64,000 nucleotides of DNA from Eledone cirrhosa. Taxonomy: Eukaryota. Shown one piece after another: positions 19,960 through 34,300 of this stretch. The position numbers and the translations under genes are program-made. The stretch covers positions 26,288,001 to 26,352,000 of the forward strand of contig OZ024741.1 in assembly GCA_964016885.1 (NCBI GenBank), given 5' to 3'. Position 1 is the stretch's first letter. Each line of letters begins with the position of its first letter. The notes beneath the pieces were generated by a model. It was not told the DNA's origin and made no database searches. It saw nothing but the letters and a program-made list of their open reading frames with translations.

Positions 19960-20412
19960 CTATGGCCATGGGTCTGGGTAATAACCGAAATAATACGATC
20001 TCAGCCAAAATGGGGTATACCAGCAGCCAAAATGGGGTTCTTCCGAAGGGTCTTTGGAGTAACGTTACTCGGTAAAGTGAGCAGCTCGGAGATCAGAGAC
20101 TCACTACAGGTAGAGTTGTTACTACTTCTCCGAATTGAGAAATCACAGCTCCGATACTATAGACATGTGGTTAGAATGTCTCAGGAAAGAATTGCTGGAC
20201 AGATTTTACAGGCAAAACCAACCGATAGGAGACCTAGGGGGTAGACCCCGAGCAAGATGGTTGGATAACATCCACGAGCTTGACTGGTCACTCTTGGGGA
20301 TCCAGCCGGATCAGTTGTAGGCGGTTGCTTCTGACATGACTCGCTGGAGGGAGTGTTTGAGGACTCTTCCCCAACAACCCTCTCAGGAATAAATGGGAGA
20401 AGAAAAAGAAGA
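19960..20412 (+). mobile_element. RTE-clade (Expander/Rex3-like) LINE 3' fragment
   Basis: AAKMGFFRRVFGVTLLGKVSSSEIRDSLQVE..RIEKSQLRYYRHVVRM..RRPRG/GRPRARWLDNI; ends in a GAA-rich tail. Confidence 0.85.
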
Positions 20413-21046
20413 AGGGAATAAAATGTTCATCGTTAACGGCTCGTCTTACCGAGGTGTCAGGTGATGCCCGCGAAAGTACTTGGTTGTTTCAGTGCTTTCG
20501 CCTCACCATCACCCGTGGTAATGCTACGGACGTGTTGGCTTGCCTCAAAAGGTTCTGATAACCCTTGTGATGTGTGGCCGATTGTCGCACTTGGTGGTTA
20601 TTTTTTGTTTGATTTTGTTGGGGTTTTTTTCTCTCGTTTTATTCATATATTTTTTGTATCTTATATTTGACAGGTTCCTACCAACAATTAATTGTATTTA
20701 TTATTTGCGTTTATATTTTCATTCTGAAAGTATTATATTATCATATTAATAATTTTTCTTTATTAACTTCTTACACTCGGGGCCGGGTGGCATCCAGACC
20801 ATGACTTCTGGGTCCCTTTCTGTTGTCATTTAGACATTCGGATATCGGAAACTTGTGTATTTAAACCGTATGGAGATTTTGTTGACAGGATCTAGCGTGA
20901 ACTACTCTCCGTTGTCTCTGCTTCCAAACCTATTAAATACGACGAATTTATAGTTTATTATTGTTTTTGATGGGGTTGTAACTAGAATAATCAACAACGA
21001 TGAGTTGCCTCCCTTGGTTACCCTTGGTATCTTACGCGTGCCGTCA

Positions 21047-24000
21047 ATGATGACAACAATAGTATTGAATATATACAATTTCTGGAGTCCAGTATTGGTA
21101 TGTTCTATATACCAGGACTGGTGGACCAATACTGTCTATAATGACTACAATAGTATTGAATATATATAATTTCTGGAGTCCAGTATTGGTATGGTCTATA
21201 TACCAGGACTGGTGGACCAATACTGTCTATAATGACTACAATAGAATTGAATATATACAATTTCTGGAGTCCAGTATTGGTATGTTCTATATACCAAGAC
21301 TGGTGGACCAATACTGTCTATAATGACTACAATAGAATTGAATATATACAATTTCTGGAGTCCAGTATTGGTATGTTCTATATACCAAGACTGGTGGACC
21401 AATACTGTCTATAATGACTACAATAGAATTGAATATATACAATTTCTGGAGTCCAGTATTGGTATGTTCTATATACCAAGACTGGTGGACCAATACTGTC
21501 TATAAGGACAACAATTGTATTGAATATATATAATTTCTGGAGTCCAGTATTGGTATGTTCTATATACCAAGACTGGTGGACCAATACTGTCTATAATGAC
21601 AACAATAGTATTGAATATATATAATTTCTGGATCAAGTATTGGTATGTTCTATATACCAAGACTGGTGGACCAATACTGTCTATAATGACTACAATAGTA
21701 TTGAATATATACAATTTCTGGAGTCCAGTATTGGTATGTTCTATATACCAAGACTGGTGGACCAATACTGTCTATAAGGACAACAATTGTATTGAATATA
21801 TATAATTTCTGGAGTCCAGTATTGGTATGTTCTATATACCAAGACTGGTGGACCAATACTGTCTATAATGACAACAATAGTATTGAATATATATAATTTC
21901 TGGATCAAGTATTGGTATGTTCTATATACCAAGACTGGTGGACCAATACTGTCTATAATGACAACAATAGTATTGAATATATACAATTTCTGGAGTCCAG
22001 TATTGGTATGTTCTATATACCAAGACTGGTGGACCAATACTGTCTATGATGACAACAATAGTATTGAATATATACAATTTCTGGAGTCCAGTATTGCTAT
22101 GTTCTATATACCAAGACTGGTGGACCAATACTGTCTATAATGACAACAATAGTATTGAATATATACAATTTCTGGAGTCCAGTATTGGTATGTTCTATAT
22201 ACCAAGACTGGTGGACCAATACTGTCTATGATGACAACAATAGTATTGAATATATACAATTTCTGGAGTCCAGTATTGCTATGTTCTATATACCAGGACT
22301 GGTGGACCAATACTGTCTATAATGAGAACAATAGTATTGAATATATACAATTTCTGGAGTCCAGTATTGGTATGTTCTATATACCAAGACTGGTGGACCA
22401 ATACTGTCTATAATGACAACAATAGTATTGAATATATACAATTTCTGGAGTCCAGTATTTCTATGTTCTATATACCAGCACTGGTGGACCAATACAGTCT
22501 ATAATGACAACAATAGTATTGAATATATATAATTTCTGGATCAAGTATTGGTATGTTCTATATACCAGGACTGGTGGACCAATACAGTCTATAATGACAA
22601 CAATAGTATTGAATATATATAATTTCTGGAGTCCAGTATTGGTATGTTCTATATACCAGCACTGGTGGACCAATACTGTCTATAATGACAACAATAGTAT
22701 TGAATATATATAATTTCTGGAGTCCAGTATTTCTATGTTCTATAGAGCAGGACTGGTGGACCAATACTGTCTATAATGACAACAATAGTATTGAATATAT
22801 ATAATTTCTGGAGTCCAGTATTGGTATGTTCTATATACCAGGACTGGTGGACCAATACTGTCTATAATGACAACAATAGTATTGAATATATACAATTTCT
22901 GGAGTCCAGTATTGGTATGTTCTATATACCAGGACTGGTGGACCAATACTGTCTATAATGACAACAATAGTATTGAATATATATAATTTCTGGAGTCCAG
23001 TATTGGTATGTTCTATATACCAGGACTGGTGGACCAATACTGTCTATAATGACAACAATAGTATTGAATATATATAATTTCTGGAGTCCAGTATTGGTAT
23101 GTTCTATATACCAGGACTGGTGGACCAATACTGTCTATAATGACAACAATAGTATTGAATATATATAATTTCTGGAGTCCAGTATTGGTATGTTCTATAT
23201 ACCAGGACTGGTGGACCAATACTGTCTATAATGACAACAATAGTATTGAATATATATAATTTCTGGAGTCCAGTATTGGTATGTTCTATATACCAGGACT
23301 GGTGGACCAATACTGTCTATAATGACAACAATAGTATTGAATATATATAATTTCTGGAGTCCAGTATTGGTATGTTCTATATACCAGGACTGGTGGACCA
23401 ATACTGTCTATAATGACAACAATAGTATTGAATATATATAATTTCTGGAGTCCAGTATTGGTATGTTCTATATACCAGGACTGGTGGACCAATACTGTCT
23501 ATAATGACAAAAATAGTATTGAATATATAATTTCTGGTGTCCAGTATTGGTATGTTCTATATACCAGCACTGGTGGACCAATACTGTCTATAATGACAAC
23601 AATAATATTGAATATATACAATTTCTGGAGTCCAGTATTGGTATGTTCTATATACCAGGACTGGTGGACCAATACTGTCTATAAAGACAACAATAGTATT
23701 GAATATATATAATTTCTGGAGTCCAGTATTGGTATGTTCTCTATACCAGGACTGGTGGACGAATACTGTCTATAAAGACAACAATAGTATTGAATATATA
23801 TAATTTCTGGATTCAAGTATTGGTATGTTCTATATACCATGAATGGTGGACCAATACTGTCTATAAAGACAACAATAGTATTGAATATATATAATTTCTG
23901 GATTCAAGTATTGGTATGTTCTATATACCATGAATGGTGGACCAATACTGTCTATAAAGACAACAATAGTATTGAATATATATAATTTCTGGAGTCCAGT

Positions 24001-26138
24001 ATTGGTATGTTCTCTATACCAGGACTGGTGGACGAATACTGTCTATAATGACAACGATAGTATTGAATATATATAATTTCTGGATCAAGTATTGGTATGT
24101 TCTATATACCAGGACTGGTGGACCAATACAGTCTATAATGACAACAATAGTATTGAATATATATAATTTCTGGAGTCCAGTATTGGTATGTTCTATATAC
24201 CAGCACTGGTGGACCAATACTGTCTATAATGACAACAATAATATTGAATATATACAATTTCTGGAGTCCAGTATTGGTATGTTCTATATACCAGGACTGG
24301 TGGACCAATACTGTCTATAATGACAACAATAGTATTGAATATATACAATTTCTGGAGTCCAGTATTGGTATGTTCTATGTACCAGGACTGGTGGACCAAT
24401 ACTGTCTATAATGACAACAATAGTATTGAATATATATAATTTCTGGAGTCCAGTATTTCTATGTTCTATAGAGCAGGACTGGTGGACCAATACTGTCTAT
24501 AATGACAACAATAGTATTGAATATATATAATTTCTGGAGTCCAGTATTTCTATGTTCTATATACCAGCACTGGTGGACCAATACTGTCTATAATGACAAC
24601 AATAATATTGAATATATACAATTTCTGGAGTCCAGTATTGGTATGTTCTATATACCAGGACTGGTGGACCAATAGTGTCTATAATGACAACAATAGTATT
24701 GAATATATACAATTTCTGGAGTCCAGTATTGGTATGTTCTATATACCAGGACTGGTGGACCAATACTGTCTATGATGACAACAATAGTATTGAATATATA
24801 CAATTTCTGGAGTCCAGTATTGGTATGTTCTATATACCAGGACTGGTGGACCAATACAGTCTATAATGACAACAATAGTATTGAATATATACAATTTCTG
24901 GAGTCCAGTATTGGTATGTTCTATATACCAGCACTGGTGGACCAATACTGTCTATAATGACAACAATAATATTGAATATATACAATTTCTGGAGTCCAGT
25001 ATTGGTATGTTCTATATACCAGGACTGGTGGACCAATACTGTCTATAATGACAACAATAGTATTGAATATATACAATTTCTGGAGTCCAGTATTGGTATG
25101 TTCTATATACCAGGACTGGTGGACCAATACTGTCTATAATGACAACAATAGTATTGAATATATATAATTTCTGGAGTCCAGTATTTCTATGTTCTATAGA
25201 GCAGGACTGGTGGACCAATACTGTCTATAATGACAACAATTGTATTGAATATATATAATTTCTGGAGTCCAGTATTGGTATGTTCTATATACCAGGACTG
25301 GTGGACCAATACTGTCTATAATGACAACAATAGTATTGAATATATACAATTTCTGGAGTCCAGTATTGGTATGTTCTATATACCAGGACTGGTGGACCAA
25401 TACTGTCTATAATGACAACAATAGTATTGAATATATATAATTTCTGGAGTCCAGTATTGGTATGTTCTATATACCAGGACTGGTGGACCAATACTGTCTA
25501 TAATGACAACAATAGTATTGAATATATATAATTTCTGGAGTCCAGTATTGGTATGTTCTATATACCAGGACTGGTGGACCAATACTGTCTATAATGACAA
25601 CAATAGTATTGAATATATATAATTTCTGGAGTCCAGGATTGGTATGTTCTATATACCAGGACTGGTGGACCAATACTGTCTATAATGACAACAATAGTAT
25701 TGAATATATAATTTCTGGTGTCCAGTATTGGTATGTTCTATATACCAGGACTGGTGGACCAATACTGTCTATAAAGACAACAATAGTATTGAATATATAA
25801 TTTCTGGTGTCCAGTATTGGTATGTTCTATATACCAGGACTGGTGGACCAATACTGTCTATAATGACAACAATAGTATTGAATATATATAATTTCTGGAG
25901 TCCAGGATTGGTATGTTCTATATACCAGGACTGGTGGACCAATACTGTCTATAATGACAACAATAGTATTGAATATATAATTTCTGGTGTCCAGTATTGG
26001 TATGTTCTATATACCAGGACTGGTGGACCAATACTGTCTATAAAGACAACAATAGTATTGAATATATAATTTCTGGTGTCCAGTATTGGTATGTTCTATA
26101 TACCAGGACTGGTGGACCAATACTGTCTATAATGACAA
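21047..26138. repeat. 91-bp satellite, left block (about 56 monomers)
   Basis: Consensus AATGACAACAATAGTATTGAATATATAYAATTTCTGGAGTCCAGTATTGGTATGTTCTATATACCAGGACTGGTGGACCAATACTGTCTAT. Confidence 0.99.
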
Positions 26139-28324
26139 TATAGCGAGGATACTGGGTGTATGAATGTAACAAAACGAGACAATGTTTGTGTATATAATAT
26201 TTAATTAACGGTAGATAGAATACTTGACATGTCAAAGATAGATGTTAGAATGAAACAAAGTTAGTAGTTACCGTTTTGATTGCCAGGCAAACGCGGCTGG
26301 CAGAGGACGCCTGGCTAAGGCCAGGCGCCTGTTGGCCAAATTAATGGCAGAGCCAAATGAGAAGACTCTTGACCTGGTGCCGAAAAGGCAAAGAGAGAAA
26401 GGAAGCTTAAAGTTGTTAGTTTTATAGGGCTCTGACCGGAAGTTGCAGAAAGGGTTCCACTTCCCGTCTAGATCCCAATCAAAACAAGGGAGACAACCGC
26501 TACATAACCTCCCGCCAGAATTTTAGTGTATAAAAATCGAAATGAAAATATGTAGCAAGTTGGCGAGAATGTTGTAACAGGCATGAAAATTACGACAAAA
26601 GAATGTTTGGAAAAATCAATGATAGATATCAAGGTAGCCAACCGCTCTTGGCCAGAGAACGACTGGACATCCATCTATCCATCACCCAAAGATACAATGT
26701 AATAAAGTAAAAGTAATAGAAGAGCTCAAAGTTCAAAATATAGTTCACAGGTGTGCAATCACATGACAGCTGGAAAGAAAGTGTGTTCCAGAGAATGAAT
26801 GCAGGTGGTTTCTGTTCTGTGGTATATCGTGAAATTTCCAACCTCCGAATGGATTTTCTCACAGGAAGAGTGCTGCAAAAATAAATTCTCTGGCTTTGGT
26901 GAAGCTGTGTTGATGTATTGCTGTTGCTGTTATATTGCTGTTGCTGCTGCTGTTGTCTCGCTGAGTGAGCGTATTCGGTGTTTAAATTCACAGTAAAAAA
27001 AATTTTTTTTTAGAAAAAAAAGAGTTGCGCAAAGTGCTAGAAATAGCAGCCGAAGTTGATGGTCGATGTTGAGAATGCGTTGACCTGGAAGGGTCAAGAG
27101 GCCAGCGACCAGAGAAATAAGCATTCTTAATAAATGCGCGGTTATCAACGGTAAATTTACATTGTAAATTTATAAACCGGCAAATAGAAGAATATAGCTT
27201 AAGGCTGAAGAATCCCTGGTGATAAATGGCGTGCGGCTGTCTGTGAGTAGAGACATCTCAGTGAATCGAGAATTTATGCTGCCTACACGTGCCAATACAA
27301 GGTTGAAAAAAAAATATTTCTAACACGCGAGAAAATGATAGTGCAATTTTGAAAGTGACAATGATGAAAAAGAAAGGCTTCAATCAGCATAATTATAGGT
27401 GTGAACTTTTTGAAAAAAAAAAAAAAAAAAAAAAAAAAACTTGAACGATGAAGAAAACGAAGAACAAAAGGCAATGGTTCATCGAAAATAAATGTTCCTG
27501 TTGAAATGTTTTTTAAAGAATATCAAATTTCTTTTTTTTTTTTCTTGTGTTTTGAAAGAGTTCGTTGTAAGAAACGAGAAACATATATATATATCGTGAA
27601 ATGTTTTTTTTGTTTTGAAAGTGTTCGTTGTAAGAAACGAGAAACATATATATATATATTGGTGAAATGCGACAGTTAATTGATGCGCGAGAGAAAAAGT
27701 ATGTCTGTGCGAATTCCACATGTGCGTGTGTGCGTGTCCTTGAGTATTTTCATAGTTTGTCGCTAAATTTGCTGTGTATTCGTAATGTTACTCACAAAAC
27801 CAGATGTGCTATTTTTTTCTTTTTTTGGGGGTGACCACTTATAGCGATGAACGGCTGCGTGTTCGTATCACGTCAGGGTCACCACTTTAGGAAATAGATA
27901 TCGGTGCACATGCAACATAATATAAAAGACAAAGAGTACTGGTGTGTGTGATAAAGTTTTACTTCATAGAAGTCAAAGGTGTATAAGGTAAAGGGTTGTT
28001 ACCCGATGGCGATAATACCATTGTGAAGTTGGTAGAAAATGTCTTGGCGCTCTCGCCTCCTGATTCCTGAAGTGGTAACATCTTCGACCATAGCTGGTGA
28101 TTCTCTCTGGACGACCCTTTCGTTACCAGCACAATCTAGCTCACCAGCCTGAGATGAGAGCGCCAAGACATTTTCTACCAACTTCACAATGGTATTATCG
28201 CCATCGGGTAACAACCCTTTACCTTATACACCTTTGACTTCTATGAAGTAAAACTTTATCACACACACCAGTACTCTTTGTCTTTTATATTATGTTGCAT
28301 GTGCACCGATATCTATTTCCTAAA
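26139..28324. mobile_element. Unclassified 2.19-kb non-coding insertion in the satellite, with terminal fold-back
   Basis: Interrupts one monomer (AATGACAA | ... | ACAACAATAG, possible ACAA duplication); the same rare 89-bp GGTGTCC monomer variant flanks both sides. Confidence 0.6.
27886..28324. repeat. Perfect 169-bp inverted repeat with 101-bp spacer
   Basis: 27886-28054 (TTTAGGAAATAG...GGCGCTCTC) is the reverse complement of 28156-28324; no mismatch seen by eye. Confidence 0.97.
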
Positions 28325-31300
28325 ACAACAATAGTATTGAATATATAATTTCTGGTGTCCAGTATTGGTATCTTCTATATACCAGGACTGGTGGACCAAT
28401 ACTGTCTATAATGACAACAATAGTATTGAATATATAATTTCTGGTGTCCAGTATTGGTATCTTCTATATACCAGCACTGGTGGACCAATACTGTCTATAA
28501 TGACAACAATTGTATTGAACATATAAAATTTCTGGAGTCCAGTATTGGTATGTTCTATATACCAGGACTGGTGGACCAATACTGTCTATAATGACAACAA
28601 TAGTATTGAATATATATAATTTCTGGAGTCCAGTATTGGTATGTTCTATATACCAGGACTGGTGGACCAATACTGTCTATAATGACAACAATAGTATTGA
28701 ATATATATAATTTCTGGATCAAGTATTGGCATGTTCTATATACCAAGACTGGTGGACCAATACTGTCTATAATGACTACAATAGTATTGAATATATACAA
28801 TTTCTGGAGTCCAGTATTGGTATGTTCTATATACCAAGACTGGTGGACCAATACTGTCTATAATGACAACAATAGTATTGAATATATATAATTTCTGGAT
28901 CAAGTATTGGTATGTTCTATATACCAAGACTGGTGGACCAATACTGTCTATAATGACAACAATAGTATTGAATATATATAATTTCTGGATCAAGTATTGG
29001 TATGTTCTATATACCAAGACTGGTGGACCAATACTGTCTATAATGACAACAATAGTATTGAATATATATAATTTCTGGAGTCCAGTATTGGTATGTTCTA
29101 TATACCAGGACTGGTGGACCAATACTGTCTATAATGACAACAATTGTATTGAATATATACAATTTCTGGAGTCCAGTATTGGTATGTTCTATATACCAGG
29201 ACTGGTGGACCAATACTGTCTATAATGACAACAATAGTATTGAATATATACAATTTCTGGAGTCCAGTATTGGTATGTTCTATATACCAGGACTGGTGGA
29301 CCAATACTGTCTATAATGACAACAATAGTATTGAATATATATAATTTCTGGATCAAGTATTGGTATGTTCTATATACCAGGACTGGTGGACCAATACAGT
29401 CTATAATGACAACAATAGTATTGAATATATATAATTTCTGGAGTCCAGTATTGGTATGTTCTATATACCAGGACTGGTGGACCAATACTGTCTATAATGA
29501 CAACAATAGTATTGAATATATACATTTTCTGGAGTCCAGTATTGGTATGTTCTATATACCAGGACTGGTGGACAAATACTGTCTATAATGACAACAATAG
29601 TATTGAATATATACAATTTCTGGAGTCCAGTATTGGTATGTTCTATATACCAGGACTGGTGGACCAATACTGTCTATAATGACAACAATAGTATTGAATA
29701 TATACATTTTCTGGAGTCCAGTATTGGTATGTTCTATATACCAGGACTGGTGGACCAATACTGTCTATAATGACAACAATAGTATTGAATATATATAATT
29801 TCTGGAGTTCAGTATTGGTATGTTTTATATACCAGGACTGGTGGACCAATACTGTCTATAATGACAACAATAGTATTGAATATATATAATTTCTGGATCA
29901 AGTATTGGTATGTTCTATATACCAGGACTGGTGGACCAATACTGTCTATAATGACAACAATAGTATTGAATATATACAATTTCTGGAGTCCAGTATTGGT
30001 ATGTTCTATATACCAGGACTGGTGGACCAATACTGACTATAATGACAACAATAGTATTGAATATATATAATTTCTGGAGTCCAGTATTGGTATGTTCTAT
30101 ATACCAGGACTGGTGGACCAATACTGTCTATAATGACAACAATATTATTGAATATATACATTTTCTGGAGTCCAGTATTGGTATGTTCTATATACCAGGA
30201 CTGGTGGACCAATACTGTCTATAATGACAACAATAGTATTGAATATATACAATTTCTGGAGTCCAGTATTGGTATGTTCTATATACCAGGACTGGTGGAC
30301 CAATACTGACTATAATGACAACAATAGTATTGAATATATATAATTTCTGGAGTCCAGTATTGGTATGTTCTATATACCAGGACTGGTGGACCAATACTGT
30401 CTATAATGACAACAATATTATTGAATATATACATTTCTGAAGTCCAGTATTGGTATGTTCTATATACCAGGACTGGTGGACCAATACTGTCTATAATGAC
30501 AACAATAGTATTGAATATATACAATTTCTGGAGTCCAGTATTGGTATGTTCTATATACCAGGACTGGTGGATCAATACTGTCTATAATGACAACAATAGT
30601 ATTGAATATATACAATTTCTGGAGTCCAGTATTGGTATGTTCTATATACCAGGACTGGTGGACAAATACTGTCTATAATGACAACAATAGTATTGAATAT
30701 ATATAATTTCTGGAGTCCAGTATTGGTATGTTCTATATACCAGGACTGGTGGACCAATACTGTCTATAATGACAACAATAGTATTGAATATATATAATTT
30801 CTGGAGTCCAGTATTGCTATGTTCTATATACCAGGACTGGTGGACCAATACTGTCTATAATGACAACAATTGTATTGAATATTTACAATTTCTGGAGTCC
30901 AGTATTGGTATGTTCTATATACCAGGACTGGTGGACCAATACTGACTATAATGACAACAATTGTATTGAATATATATAATTTCTGGAGTCCAGTATTGGT
31001 ATGTTCTATATACTAGGACTGGTGGCCCAATACTGTCTATAATGACAACAATAGTATTGAATATATACTATTTCTGGAGTCCAGTATTGGTATGTTCTAT
31101 ATACCAAGACTGGTGGACCAATACTGTCTATAATGACAACAATAGTATAGAATATATACAATTTCTGGAGTCCAGTATTGCTATGTTCTATATACCAAGA
31201 CTGGTGGACCAATACTGTCTATAATGACAACAATAGTATTGAATATATATAATTTCTGGAGTCCAGTATTGCTATGTTCTATATACCAGGACTGGTGGAC

Positions 31301-34300
31301 CAATACTGTCTATAATGACAACAATAGTATTGAATATATATAATTTCTGGAGTCAAGTATTGGTATGTTCTATATACCAGGACTGGTGGACAAATATTGT
31401 CTATAATGACGACAATAGTATTGAATATATATAATTTCTGGAGTCCAGTATTGCTATGTTCTATATACCAGGACTGGTGGACCAATACTGTCTATAATGA
31501 CAACAATAGTATTGAATATATATAATTTCTGGAGTCAAGTATTGGTATGTTCTATATACCAGGACTGGTGGACCAATACTGTCTATAATGACAACAATTG
31601 TATTGAATATATACAATTTCTGGAGTCCAGTATTGGTATGTTCTATATACCAGGATTGGTGGACCAATACTGTCTATAATGACAACAATAGTATTGAATA
31701 TATACAATTTCTGGAGTCCAGTATTGGTATGTTCTATATACCAGGACTGGTGGACCAATACTGTCTATAATGACAACAATAGTATTGAATATATATAATT
31801 TCTGGAGTCCAGTATTGGTATGTTCTATATACCAGGACTGGTGGACCAATACTGTCTATAATGACAACAATAGTATTGAATATATACAATTTCTGGAGTC
31901 CAGTATTGGTATGTTCTATATACCAGGTCTGGTGGACCAATACTGTCTATAATGACAACAATAGTATTGAATATATACATTTTCTGGAGTCCAGTATTGG
32001 TATGTTCTATATACCAGGACTCGTGGACCAATACTGTCTATAATGACAACAATAGTATTGAATATATATAATTTCTGGAGTCCAGTATTGGTATGTTCTA
32101 TATACCAGGACTGGTGGACCTATACTGTCTATAATGACAACAATAGTATTGAATATATACAATTTCTGGAGTCCAGTATTGGTATGTTCTATATACCAGG
32201 ACTGGTGGACCAATACTGTCTATAATGACAACAATAGTATTGAATATATACATTTTCTGGAGTCCAGTATTGGTATGTTCTATATACCAGGACTGGTGGA
32301 CCAATACTGTCTATAATGACAACAATAGTATTGAATATATACAATTTCTGGAGTCCAGTATTGGTATGTTCTATATACCAGGACTGGTGGACCAATACTG
32401 TCTATAATGACAACAATAGTATTGAATATATACATTTTCTGGAGTCCAGTATTGGTATGTTCTATATACCAGGACTGGTGGACCAATACTGTCTATAATG
32501 ACAACAATAGTATTGAATATATACAATTTCTGGAGTCCAGTATTGGTATGTTCTATATACCAAGACTGGTGGACCAATACTGTCTATAAGGACAACAATT
32601 GTATTGAGTATATATAATTTCTGGAGTCCAGTATTGGTATGTTCTATATACCAAGACTGGTGGACCAATACTGTCTATAATGACAACAATAGTATTGAAT
32701 ATATATAATTTCTGGATCAAGTATTGGCATGTTCTATATACCAAGACTGGTGGACCAATACTGTCTATAATGACTACAATAGTATTGAATATATACAATT
32801 TCTGGAGTCCAGTATTGGTATGTTCTATATACCAAGACTGGTGGACCAATACTGTCTATAAGGACAACAATTGTATTGAATATATATAATTTCTGGAGTC
32901 CAGTATTGGTATGTTCTATATACCAAGACTGGTGGACCAATACTGTCTATAATGACAACAATAGTATTGAATATATATAATTTCTGGAGTCCAGTATTGG
33001 TATGTTCTATATACCAGGACTGGTGGACCAATACTGTCTATAATGACAACAATAGTATTGAATATATATAATTTCTGGATCAAGTATTGGTATGTTCTAT
33101 ATACCAAGACTGGTGGACCAATACTGTGTATAATGACTACAATAGTATTGAATATATATAATTTCTGGAGTCCAGTATTGGTATGTTCTATATACCAGGA
33201 CTGGTGGACCAATACTGTCTATAATGACAACAATAGTATTGAATATATATAATTTCTGGATCAAGTATTGGTATGTTCTATATACCAAGACTGGTGGACC
33301 AATACTGTCTATAATGACTACAATAGTATTGAATATATACAATTTCTGGAGTCCAGTATTGGTATGTTCTATATACCAAGACTGGTGGACCAATACTGTC
33401 TATAAGGACAACAATTGTATTGAATATATATAATTTCTGGAGTCCAGTATTGGTATGTTCTATATACCAAGACTGGTGGACCAATACTGTCTATAATGAC
33501 AACAATAGTATTGAATATATATAATTTCTGGAGTCCAGTATTGGTATGTTCTATATACCAGGACTGGTGGACCAATACTGTCTATAATGACAACAATAGT
33601 ATTGAATATATATAATTTCTGGATCAAGTATTAGTATGTTCTATATACCAAGACTGGTGGACCAATACTGTGTATAATGACTACAATAGTATTGAATATA
33701 TATAATTTCTGGAGTCCAGTATTGGTATGTTCTATATACCAGGACTGGTGGACCAATACTGTCTATAATGACAACAATAGTATTGAATATATACAATTTC
33801 TGGAGTCCAGTATTGGTATGTTCTATATACCAGGACTGGTGGACCAATACTGTCTATAATGACAACAATAGTATTGAATATATACAATTTCTGGAGTCCA
33901 GTATTGGTATGTTCTATATACCAGGACTGGTGGACCAATACTGTCTATAATGACAACAATAGTATTGAATATATATAATTTCTGGATCAAGTATTGGTAT
34001 GTTCTATATACCAGGACTGGTGGACCAATACAGTCTATAATGACAACAATAGTATTGAATATATATAATTTCTGGAGTCCAGTATTGGTATGTTCTATAT
34101 ACCAGGACTGGTGGACCAATACTGTCTATAATGACAACAATAGTATTGAATATATACATTTTCTGGAGTCCAGTATTGGTATGTTCTATATACCAGGACT
34201 GGTGGACAAATACTGTCTATAATGACAACAATAGTATTGAATATATACAATTTCTGGAGTCCAGTATTGGTATGTTCTATATACCAGGACTGGTGGACCA

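Noticed and set aside
21047-21140. Satellite monomer as a tandem hammerhead ribozyme
   Set aside because: Neither strand of the consensus has a CUGANGA core.
26375-26385. TGGTGCCGAAA, a canonical tRNA-Phe PBS-like 11-mer in the insert
   Set aside because: It is not preceded by a TG...CA LTR, and there is no second LTR, PPT or gag/pol; probably chance, though worth rechecking in the family consensus.
26629-26991. 120-aa Gln-rich ORF in the insert
   Set aside because: Driven by a (CAG/CAA)n microsatellite; no recognisable domain.
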